Shown: positions 8,113 through 15,144 of the stretch, piece by piece | Layout of the letters: the number at the start of each line of letters is the position of its first letter | Position numbering within the stretch: the stretch's first letter is position 1 | IMG/VR virus record: IMGVR_UViG_3300038701_002477 | Span: 1 to 37,540 of that record | Strand: one strand, 5' to 3' | DNA length: 37,540 nucleotides | From: a virus | The notes under the pieces: model-generated | What the model saw: only the letters and a program-made list of their open reading frames with translations | What the model was told of the DNA's origin: nothing | Databases searched by the model: none | Position numbers and translations under genes: made by a program

Positions 8113-9503
8113 TGCTTACCTAGCGCCTTTCTTTTTTCTTTAATTGCGAAGCTAACCTTTTCAGATAATGACATTTCTTGACCTGGATTTGGTGCAGGAT
8201 TTTGCTGCACTTGTCTTTGCCCCTCATCAGATCTATTAGTTATCCCGATTCTTTTTCTCATGTGGTCCTCAAGAGTATCATCAGGAATAATGATTTTATT
8301 CTTGACCATAATATCAAGTATTTTTGCAAGCTCTTCGCCTGCCTTGTCTTTGATTCCTGAAAATTTAAACTCAGGGTATCTGTCTTGCTCACCAAAATTA
8401 AGAATTACTAATTCCTTAATCATTTCATCAAGTTCTTCTTTTATAATGTCAGCAATATATGAGATACCGCTTAAAAAGAAATCTGATAAATCATTTGATA
8501 ATGAATAAGCACCTGTTCCACTCATTCCAAGCTCTAAAAAGTTAGCAAGAAATGCCTTGGCCATTCTCTTATCCTCATTATCAATTGACTGCTCAACTTT
8601 TGATGGATCATAGTTAGTTCCATTGCTTAACGTAACATTCCAGCCCATAGGGTAAGTGATATAGTTTTTCTGATGCGTGGTAAATGACTGAAGAGTCTCA
8701 GTTAGCCTAGCAAATTGATCAGAGTTTTCTTGCCCTGGTGGAACTTCGGCCGTTGGTATAGGCATTGATTTTTCAATACCAATTGCATTCAATTTTAAGT
8801 ATTCATTTGATCTAAAAAAGTTACCATAGCAAGGCCTAAGCATTGACATACCTTCATAATTATCACCTTCTTGATCTAGAGTCATAATACTTAGATGTTC
8901 AACTGGCATATCAACATATACGGCCAAGTCACCATCAGCTTGCTGAGTTACCGAGCACAATTCTTTATCTTCATTAAAATTCCAAGTTTCAATTGTTTTT
9001 GGCGACCTCCAACCCAGCTTTCTATATCCAATATAAGAATTCATCAATTGATTTCCGTCCCTATCTTTTATGCCTTTATCAATGTGAATCTTATGCACTC
9101 TCTCAAATACCGAATGGCCAAACTCAATTATAGTAAGCGCCTCATTCATAAACTTGTTAAATTTAATATCCTTAAAAAGAACTTGCTTACATAATTCTGC
9201 ATGAATCTCTGACTCTGGCTTGTCATCGCATGGGATAATTTCTCTTGAAGCTGTTTTAATTGGATTCTTGACGGCCAGTAGAAGCATTTTTGCCTGAGTA
9301 CTAGAGCGCCTTATCTTATCAAACTCTTTTGCCCTATCCTTACCCTTAATGCTATCCAAATACTCTTCATCAAAATAGCCTGCATATACTTCACTTCCTG
9401 AGCTACCGCGAGCGCTTTCTTGAACGATAATATTATTAATAACTTTTTTTTCTTTTTCTTCATGCTTGTCTTTCTTTGGAGAAAGAAAATCAAATAAGCC
9501 CAT
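8109..9503 (-). CDS. Portal protein (Mu gp29 / DUF935-like)
   Basis: 464 aa and immediately downstream of the large terminase. The size and acidic composition are typical of portals. The surrounding head module is Mu-like. Confidence 0.7.
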   Translation of the reverse strand: MGLFDFLSPKKDKHEEKEKKVINNIIVQESARGSSGSEVYAGYFDEEYLDSIKGKDRAKEFDKIRRSSTQAKMLLLAVKNPIKTASREIIPCDDKPESEIHAELCKQVLFKDIKFNKFMNEALTIIEFGHSVFERVHKIHIDKGIKDRDGNQLMNSYIGYRKLGWRSPKTIETWNFNEDKELCSVTQQADGDLAVYVDMPVEHLSIMTLDQEGDNYEGMSMLRPCYGNFFRSNEYLKLNAIGIEKSMPIPTAEVPPGQENSDQFARLTETLQSFTTHQKNYITYPMGWNVTLSNGTNYDPSKVEQSIDNEDKRMAKAFLANFLELGMSGTGAYSLSNDLSDFFLSGISYIADIIKEELDEMIKELVILNFGEQDRYPEFKFSGIKDKAGEELAKILDIMVKNKIIIPDDTLEDHMRKRIGITNRSDEGQRQVQQNPAPNPGQEMSLSEKVSFAIKEKRKALGKQ

Positions 9504-9506
9504 GTG

Positions 9507-10946
9507 TCACCATATATCTTTTTTTAGTCTTGAGTTTTCATTATCAAGGTTACTCTGATTAAATTTATCTGTAAATTGGCCAACATTTCCAGCATTTAAT
9601 TCATTAAATGCCCCACTTGCAGAGTCAACTATGTCATCATGCGCATCTTCTGGAAAGTTTTCCAATTCTATATAAAGATCCTCTTTATTTCTGCATGATG
9701 CAAGTATTAATATGTTATGATTTTCGGCCTGAGAAGAAAGCGCCCTTGCTTGTGTTTCTTTATCACTTGTAACCCTTTCATATACAACATGGAACCCTGA
9801 AAGCATTTTTACAAATGATTCAATCTCACCTTTCCCAGCAGATCCTGGATCTTGAAAACCTTTTACCGTTACGCTGGTTCCATCTTGTCTTGCAGTATTT
9901 AAAATCATATTTGCAACGCGGCCTGATGACATTCTATCCCGAGTAACATCTAAAATAATAAATCTTCCATCATTTGTTTGGCCCATTTTAACGCTTGCAG
10001 TATAATCTGGATCACCCTTGTCACCTGGAACCCATTCAGTTGCTGCCCTATCCCAACACCTAACAATTCTAATCAGCGATGGGCATTGCTGCACCTCTTC
10101 AAAATAATGCCTTTTAAAATACATTCCAGCAGCAGGAACGATATTCCAGTTACCACCTTTATGCTCGTCACCTAATAACCTTTCCCTTTCAACTTTTGAC
10201 AATGATAAAAGTTTGGCCCTATATCCTGGATCTTTCTCCATTAAAATTTTATTATCTTTTAATCTTGATAATATAAAGGTTACTGATAATGCAGGAATAT
10301 CTGGAAATTCTTTTTTGGCCTCTTCTTTTGATTCAAACCAATAATCTTTATCTTCATAAACGCATAGCCATCTAATCTTGCCCGATCTTTCTGGTATGGC
10401 CCAACCATCTTTGTCAATCCACCAATCAATAAACTTTCTAACCCATGAGTTTTTGTCAGGGTTACATGAAGCTCTAATATAAGGCTTGATTCCACACGTT
10501 GATCTGTTCCTTCCTACAATATAGAAAAACATTGATCTAGTGAAATGGGTTAACTCATCAAAATAAGCAATAGGTATCTGTGATCCTTGCCAATCATATT
10601 TATTTTTCTCATGCTGAAGATGAGAGAAGGTTATTTTAAAGCCATCTTTTTTTGGCCTATCATAATCTGGAAAAACAATATCAAGATTAGGGCTTTCTCT
10701 AGGCTTTGCACCTAGTGAAGTATATAGCTCTTTAGCATTATCCCAGAGACCACCTTCATTTTTAATTTGAACAGAAGTTCTACGAAAATAAACAGCACCA
10801 CCACTAGGGCAGTCAGTGACATGCCTTAATGGATCAATGAGCATTGCAAATGTTTTTCCACCACCAGCAGATCCACCAAAAATAGCAATATCTGCATCAG
10901 TTTCTAGAAACTCAGATTGAGGCCCTTCTTGTGGTGATATGTTCAT
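9507..10946 (-). CDS. terL: Terminase large subunit
   Basis: Walker A motif FGGSAGGGKT near the N-terminus, and a C-terminal nuclease-like region with conserved acidic residues (HDDIVDS). 479 aa, upstream of the portal. Confidence 0.85.
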   Translation of the reverse strand: MNISPQEGPQSEFLETDADIAIFGGSAGGGKTFAMLIDPLRHVTDCPSGGAVYFRRTSVQIKNEGGLWDNAKELYTSLGAKPRESPNLDIVFPDYDRPKKDGFKITFSHLQHEKNKYDWQGSQIPIAYFDELTHFTRSMFFYIVGRNRSTCGIKPYIRASCNPDKNSWVRKFIDWWIDKDGWAIPERSGKIRWLCVYEDKDYWFESKEEAKKEFPDIPALSVTFILSRLKDNKILMEKDPGYRAKLLSLSKVERERLLGDEHKGGNWNIVPAAGMYFKRHYFEEVQQCPSLIRIVRCWDRAATEWVPGDKGDPDYTASVKMGQTNDGRFIILDVTRDRMSSGRVANMILNTARQDGTSVTVKGFQDPGSAGKGEIESFVKMLSGFHVVYERVTSDKETQARALSSQAENHNILILASCRNKEDLYIELENFPEDAHDDIVDSASGAFNELNAGNVGQFTDKFNQSNLDNENSRLKKDIW

Positions 10947-11683
10947 TCAATAATTCTTTCCCTAGCAATCTCAAAATACTTGTCATCTTTCTCAATGCCA
11001 ATAAACTTACGGTTAAGATTCTTGCAAGCTACGCCCGTGCTACCACTTCCCATTGTAAAATCTAAAACGGTTTCGTTTTCTAAAGTGTATGTCTTGATTA
11101 GGTATTCTAATAACGGTACTGGCTTTTGGGTTGGGTGCAACGATTTGCCATACTGTGATTCCCTAACAAAGTATAGCATATTTGTCTTAGTTTTATGTGT
11201 GTAAGTGACATATTTCCTGGCTTCCCCCAACATTGACGCTGCATTCGAAAGGGACGCGGTTTCAGAAGTTCTATTTGGCAAGACTCTTCTTATTTCTTTT
11301 TCAAGTTTTTCACCTTTATAGTCATAGCGAGGCTGTTTTTTATAAAAAACACTTATTAACTCTGATTTTCTTAATGGCTGCTTCCTGCTTAACCCTATGT
11401 TAGAACCTTTATCTTTTTCCCAAATCCAATCATACTTAAACATTTTAATATTGCTCATTCTTAAATTGCTACTAAACGGCTCACTTCCAAATAAACAAAT
11501 AGCACCGTTGTCTTTCGTGATTCTTTTTAGCTGTTCCCACATGGGTTCAAACGGTATAACTGTGTCCCACTTGCACGCAGTTGTCCCATAAGGTGGATCC
11601 GTTAAAACCATATCAATTGAGTTATCTGGGATGCCTTTCATTAGCTCTAAACAGTCACCATGCAGTAAATTAATCATATCCAT
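10943..11683 (-). CDS. Beta-class N6-adenine/N4-cytosine DNA methyltransferase (orphan)
   Basis: Motif IV TDPPYG lies near the N-terminus and the AdoMet motif DFTMGSGSTG near the C-terminus, the beta-class order of the N6_N4_Mtase family. Its stop overlaps the terL start (ATGA). No restriction partner is present. Confidence 0.9.
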   Translation of the reverse strand: MDMINLLHGDCLELMKGIPDNSIDMVLTDPPYGTTACKWDTVIPFEPMWEQLKRITKDNGAICLFGSEPFSSNLRMSNIKMFKYDWIWEKDKGSNIGLSRKQPLRKSELISVFYKKQPRYDYKGEKLEKEIRRVLPNRTSETASLSNAASMLGEARKYVTYTHKTKTNMLYFVRESQYGKSLHPTQKPVPLLEYLIKTYTLENETVLDFTMGSGSTGVACKNLNRKFIGIEKDDKYFEIARERIIE

Positions 11684-11686
11684 GAT

Positions 11687-11920
11687 TTAATAGTCCTTTC
11701 GCTTAGTAGTAAGATGCCAACATTTGCAAGGATCACAAAAATAAGCTCTTACCCTATCGTTAACTCTAGAATTAGATCTAATATTTCTTTTATTAAATTC
11801 CCTTCCATTTCTCATCTTTTTGCTTAGTCTTTTTCTAACAGATCTAAGGGCTGATTTCTCCGTTGGGAATCTCTTTTTCTTGCAATTGTATATCTTCATT
11901 TGTGCTCTTCTCTCTTCCAT
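11687..11920 (-). CDS. Small, highly basic Cys-containing protein (C-terminal FCDPCKCWHLT)
   Basis: 77-aa ORF. The likelier start is the internal ATG at 11899 (MKIYNC). The 5' end overlaps the 3' end of the putative terS ORF in another frame. Function unknown. Confidence 0.45.
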   Translation of the reverse strand: MEERRAQMKIYNCKKKRFPTEKSALRSVRKRLSKKMRNGREFNKRNIRSNSRVNDRVRAYFCDPCKCWHLTTKRKDY

Positions 11921-12281
11921 TAGAGGGCAGCGTTACAGTAATTTTAGGTCTTGCTAGTGTTCCATCTTCATTTGAAACATCAATTTTTTCCTTAACCCTT
12001 CCAATGGTTCTATCAAAAAGAAAATTAAGGCGCGTATAATCGCCTGTTTTCATCGCGTGCATAATGACGCTTATGATCAGCAAATCAATGGCCAGAGTTT
12101 CAGGATTTTTTGAGACCTTCTCAAGATCCACTGGAGTCATTTTAAGGTACTTGGAAATTTTCTCTTCTGCTTCTTTGCGATTTAGATTTAAAATCTTCTT
12201 AGGGATAACTACGGTTCCTGGAAGCCTACCTGGGTTTCCTTTCTTGAAATCCCTGCCTCCAGTCTTTTTTCCTTTTGCCAC
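11844..12281 (-). CDS. Putative terminase small subunit
   Basis: GTG start preceded by AGGTAGGA. The basic N-terminus KKTGGRDFKKGNPGRLPG resembles small-terminase/DUF5681-type N-termini. It is the first gene of the packaging operon, after a terminator-like hairpin. Confidence 0.45.
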   Translation of the reverse strand: MAKGKKTGGRDFKKGNPGRLPGTVVIPKKILNLNRKEAEEKISKYLKMTPVDLEKVSKNPETLAIDLLIISVIMHAMKTGDYTRLNFLFDRTIGRVKEKIDVSNEDGTLARPKITVTLPSNGREKSTNEDIQLQEKEIPNGEISP

Positions 12282-12350
12282 TTTAATCCTACCTTATTGA
12301 TTTAGTACTAGACTTATCGCGTTATTTCGCGCTACGCCCATGACTAATAT

Positions 12351-12391
12351 ATAAAAACCAAAACGCCAAGGTAAAAATACCCTGACGTTTT
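12351..12391 (-). terminator. Candidate terminator at the early/late operon boundary
   Basis: Interrupted hairpin at 12360-12391: AAAACG-c-CA-a-GGTA / AAAA / TACC-c-TG-a-CGTTTT. On the minus strand it is followed by GGTTTTTATATAT. The stem is AT-rich, so termination would be weak. Confidence 0.3.
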
Positions 12392-12457
12392 GCACACACA
12401 TTTAATGCCTTACCCATCCTTGGATAATTTAATTATTGAGCATATTAAGCTTGAATG

Positions 12458-12613
12458 TCAATTTTTAGAGATTAGAAAATCTATTGCAGACTGAATAGAT
12501 CCATATTTTTTTATTAATCTTTTTTTATCATCAGGGTAAAGCCTTATAGTTGTATTAACTTTAATAATTTTTTGTTTAGGCCTTCCAACTTTATTTTTCT
12601 TTTTTTGTTTCAT
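12458..12613 (-). CDS. Small ribbon-helix-helix-like protein (51 aa, below the ORF-track cutoff)
   Basis: Hand-translated as MKQKKKNKVGRPKQKIIKVNTTIRLYPDDKKRLIKKYGSIQSAIDFLISKN. It has a basic arm followed by a strand-helix-helix pattern. It is the last ORF of the early-direction cluster. Confidence 0.4.
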   Translation of the reverse strand: MKQKKKNKVGRPKQKIIKVNTTIRLYPDDKKRLIKKYGSIQSAIDFLISKN

Positions 12614-12761
12614 CGTCAATATCCTTTATGATTTGCTCAATGGTTACGTCTTCATCTTTTATCAGATCATCTATATCATTTGCAATGCTTACCCTAATGG
12701 AAAAATACGCCAATGCAAAAATGTAGATTGAAAAAAATATTATATCTCTTTTTAAGATCAT
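12591..12761 (-). CDS. Small single-pass membrane protein (56 aa, below the ORF-track cutoff)
   Basis: Hand-translated as MILKRDIIFFSIYIFALAYFSIRVS... followed by an acidic tail. Its ATG forms an ATGA overlap with the stop of 12758..12952. Confidence 0.3.
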   Translation of the reverse strand: MILKRDIIFFSIYIFALAYFSIRVSIANDIDDLIKDEDVTIEQIIKDIDDETKKEK

Positions 12762-12952
12762 TTTGTTACCTCACAATTTTTAAGCTTTTTGTTATAATGC
12801 CCAATTATATAATGTAAAAACAATTTATCATCTTCATCTTTTATTTTTTTATTGCACTTATTTACAATTTTCAACATAAGCGCAATTTTTTGTTTTCTTC
12901 TCAATACTGACTGATAATGTTGGTTATTATAGAATTTATTTATTTTCTCCAT
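12758..12952 (-). CDS. Hypothetical small basic protein
   Basis: 64-aa ORF in the unidirectional gene string, abutting its neighbours. No motif was recognised. Confidence 0.45.
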   Translation of the reverse strand: MEKINKFYNNQHYQSVLRRKQKIALMLKIVNKCNKKIKDEDDKLFLHYIIGHYNKKLKNCEVTK

Positions 12953-13150
12953 TTATAAACAATCTCCAAAAGTATTTGCGATTGTAGCAGGCCCACAAAT
13001 TTTTGCCCTGTCTAGTAAATCAGCTTGATCATCGGTTACATCATAATTTATCCACATATTATAAATTTTTTCATCAAAATCAATTTCATCTATTGTATTT
13101 TTTGCTATTTGCACTATTTTCTTGATTAGTTTTTCATTTGTTATTTGCAT
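12953..13150 (-). CDS. Hypothetical small acidic protein
   Basis: 65-aa ORF directly abutting the downstream ORF. No motif was recognised. Confidence 0.45.
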   Translation of the reverse strand: MQITNEKLIKKIVQIAKNTIDEIDFDEKIYNMWINYDVTDDQADLLDRAKICGPATIANTFGDCL

Positions 13151-13178
13151 AATTAGCTCCGTTGTTAATCAATTTTTA

Positions 13179-13520
13179 TTAAAACAATCTCGTGGCCATT
13201 CCTGTAAATTCTTGAAAAAGGCTTTCTAGTTGATCACAATGCACGCCTTCATATTTTTTAAGTTCTGTTAATTCCATTTTTCTAAATTTAGAAAAAGTCA
13301 CTGTGTAAGTATCGTTATCTTCAAGCTTAATATAAACCATGTTGGCCTTGCTGCTATTTCTACCAATCTTAAAGCTTAGAGAACCTTTCCCGAATCCTAG
13401 TTGCTTAGCTCCAGTCATTACTACAAATTTATTTCCACCTAGCTGCTTTAGTATTTCGTTTGCAATTTGTTGATTTGTCATAATATTTCCCTTGGTTAAG
13501 TTGTTAATTAAGAATAGCAT
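13179..13520 (-). CDS. Hypothetical conserved-looking small protein
   Basis: The likelier start is the ATG at 13481 (MTNQQIANEILKQLGGNKFVVMTGAK...), preceded by AAGGGAA. It looks like a compact alpha/beta protein. Function unknown. Confidence 0.55.
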   Translation of the reverse strand: MLFLINNLTKGNIMTNQQIANEILKQLGGNKFVVMTGAKQLGFGKGSLSFKIGRNSSKANMVYIKLEDNDTYTVTFSKFRKMELTELKKYEGVHCDQLESLFQEFTGMATRLF

Positions 13521-13576
13521 AATATTCGCATTACGTAAACTAAAAACAAGGGTTGTAACTGACTGTAATTATTGCA

Positions 13577-13846
13577 TTACTTTAATTTAATTGGATATAA
13601 AGACCTAATATGCTCTAAATGCTCTTTAGATATCAGGCCATTGCTGGATAAATAGTCATCAACCTTTTGAAAATGAGAATCATAGGTTCTAATGATATTT
13701 TCTAATTTATTATGAACTTGAGATTTGAATGATTCATGCTCTTTTTTAACATGGTTTAACTGAGCATGAAGGCTTGTAGTTTGTTTAATCATTTTCTGAT
13801 TATGATCATTTAACGCCTTATCGTGACTATTCATATTTGATCCCAA
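13577..13846 (-). CDS. Hypothetical coiled-coil protein
   Basis: 89-aa ORF with heptad-like helical composition. It overlaps the upstream ORF end. Confidence 0.45.
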   Translation of the reverse strand: MGSNMNSHDKALNDHNQKMIKQTTSLHAQLNHVKKEHESFKSQVHNKLENIIRTYDSHFQKVDDYLSSNGLISKEHLEHIRSLYPIKLK

Positions 13847-14073
13847 ATATCTAAATCTTTTATTTTTTTAATTTTACTTGAAGTTTTTGAGTTAATTATC
13901 TCTTGAATTTTTGCAAGCGCATCATTGCATTTAATTAATTCAGCATTAATGTGTTTTAATTTAATTTTGAATTCATATAGATCACGCCCTAACCTCATGG
14001 TTTCATTTTCAAGATATTCTTTTTCTTCATTTTCTTTTAAAACATCATAAACAAATTTAGAAAGATCACTCAT
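13831..14073 (-). CDS. Hypothetical coiled-coil protein
   Basis: 80-aa ORF. Its start overlaps the upstream stop by 4 nt. Confidence 0.45.
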   Translation of the reverse strand: MSDLSKFVYDVLKENEEKEYLENETMRLGRDLYEFKIKLKHINAELIKCNDALAKIQEIINSKTSSKIKKIKDLDIWDQI

Positions 14074-14339
14074 ACAAGCTCCAATTTATCTTTTTTCTCA
14101 AAAAAGAAATAAATAGAATTATCACTCATCGAAGTTCCAAGCTTAATTTCTGATGGTTTGTAACCAGTATCTGCAAGATAGGCCATTGTAAAATGATCTA
14201 ATATTTTTGCACGCTCAAGCATTAACTCTGCAAGCATTTCGTCTTGCCCTAATTCTTTTTGAGTCTTTGCAAGTTTCTTTGAAATTTCTACTAATGCATT
14301 TTGATGATCTTGATTATCTTGATTAGACTTATCTTCCAT
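14070..14339 (-). CDS. Hypothetical acidic protein, first gene after an internal promoter
   Basis: 89-aa ORF with AGAGGTAAATAAGT-ATG upstream. It is preceded by a TTGACA-N17-TAATTT promoter-like element. Confidence 0.5.
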   Translation of the reverse strand: MEDKSNQDNQDHQNALVEISKKLAKTQKELGQDEMLAELMLERAKILDHFTMAYLADTGYKPSEIKLGTSMSDNSIYFFFEKKDKLELV

Positions 14340-14374
14340 ACTTATTTACCTCTTGCTATTTTTTTTATTTTGGA

Positions 14375-14403
14375 AAATTACGCCAAGAAAAAAGATATGT
14401 CAA
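14375..14403 (-). promoter_or_regulatory. Candidate sigma70-type promoter (TTGACA-N17-TAATTT)
   Basis: On the minus strand, a perfect TTGACA lies at 14403-14398, followed by a 17-nt spacer and TAATTT at 14380-14375. It is directly downstream of the hairpin terminator and upstream of 14070..14339. Confidence 0.4.
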
Positions 14404-14430
14404 AATTAAAAAGGCCGGAAAAATCCGGCC
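14401..14430 (-). terminator. Rho-independent terminator
   Basis: GGCCGGA-(4 nt)-TCCGGCC perfect 7-bp GC-rich hairpin at 14413-14430. On the minus strand it is followed by TTTTTAATTTT. It lies 65 nt downstream of the end of 14495..14872. Confidence 0.75.
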
Positions 14431-14494
14431 CTCTTAATAAAAAAAATAGTGAGATAACTTTACGGTAAAATAAGGTTCTCTAATTGCTGTACTC

Positions 14495-14872
14495 TTAATC
14501 TATATGATGCTTGTAAAAAAAGTCAATTAGAGTTTTTAAAATATCTGAATTTTTTTCACATTTTGTCAGACTTTTTAGAAGGTTTAAGTCGTACTGCGTT
14601 GTATTGCGTTGAAACAAATTCTTGTAGCTATATTTTTTATAAAGCTTATAACTCTCAATGTTATTCACTCTTGAAAATTCCATATCTGAAATTAGCTTTC
14701 TTGCCTTGCTTTCTAACACAAAGCATTCTAACAATACATTCTTATCATTTTGCTTTAAATATAAATAATGCATAATGCTATATACATAGCGCTCATCAAT
14801 TTCACAAAACTCTTCAACTCTCTTTCTCGCCAAGATAAATGATTTCGTTTCTTTTATAATGCTTTCAGTCAT
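14495..14872 (-). CDS. Hypothetical protein
   Basis: 125-aa ORF between the candidate origin and the terminator. No motif was recognised. Confidence 0.5.
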   Translation of the reverse strand: MTESIIKETKSFILARKRVEEFCEIDERYVYSIMHYLYLKQNDKNVLLECFVLESKARKLISDMEFSRVNNIESYKLYKKYSYKNLFQRNTTQYDLNLLKSLTKCEKNSDILKTLIDFFYKHHID

Positions 14873-14886
14873 ATTTTACCTTTTTT

Positions 14887-15101
14887 GATTTGTAACCGTA
14901 ACCAGTGTAACCGGGAGATATAGAGAAAAAGAAACACACTATACTAATAATAATTTTCTCTCTCTCTCTCTTATATTATATATATATACTATATAAGTTA
15001 CATTTATAGTATATAGAGGGCTATGGTATGATTAAAGCCATCAGAAGCGTAACCCGATTTGTAACTTTTTCCATTTGTAACCCAAAAAAATAGGTTACAA
15101 A
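14887..15101. promoter_or_regulatory. Candidate replication origin: GTAAC(C) iterons flanking (TC)7 and (TA)n tracts
   Basis: GTAACC occurs at 14892, 14898, 14907, 15049 and 15077. GTAACT occurs at 15061 and the inverted copy GGTTAC at 15093. Four copies share the TTTGTAAC context. TTTGTAACC / GGTTACAAA form a 9-bp inverted repeat at 15074-15101. (TC)7 lies at 14957-14970, followed by a TA-rich tract. The region is immediately downstream of the primase-helicase gene. Confidence 0.45.
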
Positions 15102-15144
15102 AGCAAAATGATGCAACTCTATATAATTTACATGTAATGTCATT

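Noticed and set aside
12360-12423. Possible antiterminator/terminator switch. An upstream CCAAGG...GGTAA (RNA from 12423-12410) could pair with the 3' arm of the hairpin at 12360-12391.
   Set aside because: The two complementary blocks on the partner strand overlap (TTACC and CCTTGG share bases), so both cannot pair at once. That leaves only 5-6 bp of alternative pairing in AT-rich sequence, which is too weak to claim a riboswitch-like element.
14957-14996. The (TC)7 and (TA)n microsatellites as a slipped-strand phase-variation switch.
   Set aside because: They lie in a non-coding gap, not within an ORF or between recognisable -35/-10 elements. In context, flanked by iterons next to the primase-helicase gene, they are better explained as part of an origin unwinding region.
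12282-15144. tRNA or other structured RNA genes in the larger intergenic gaps (12282-12457, 14340-14494, 14873-15144, 22147-22348, 27712-27854, and 37324-37413 plus 1-70).
   Set aside because: By eye I found no cloverleaf-compatible arrangement in these gaps: no acceptor stem with a GTTC-type T-arm. The GC-rich hairpins present are explained as terminators. A tRNAscan/Infernal run would be needed to exclude small RNAs formally.
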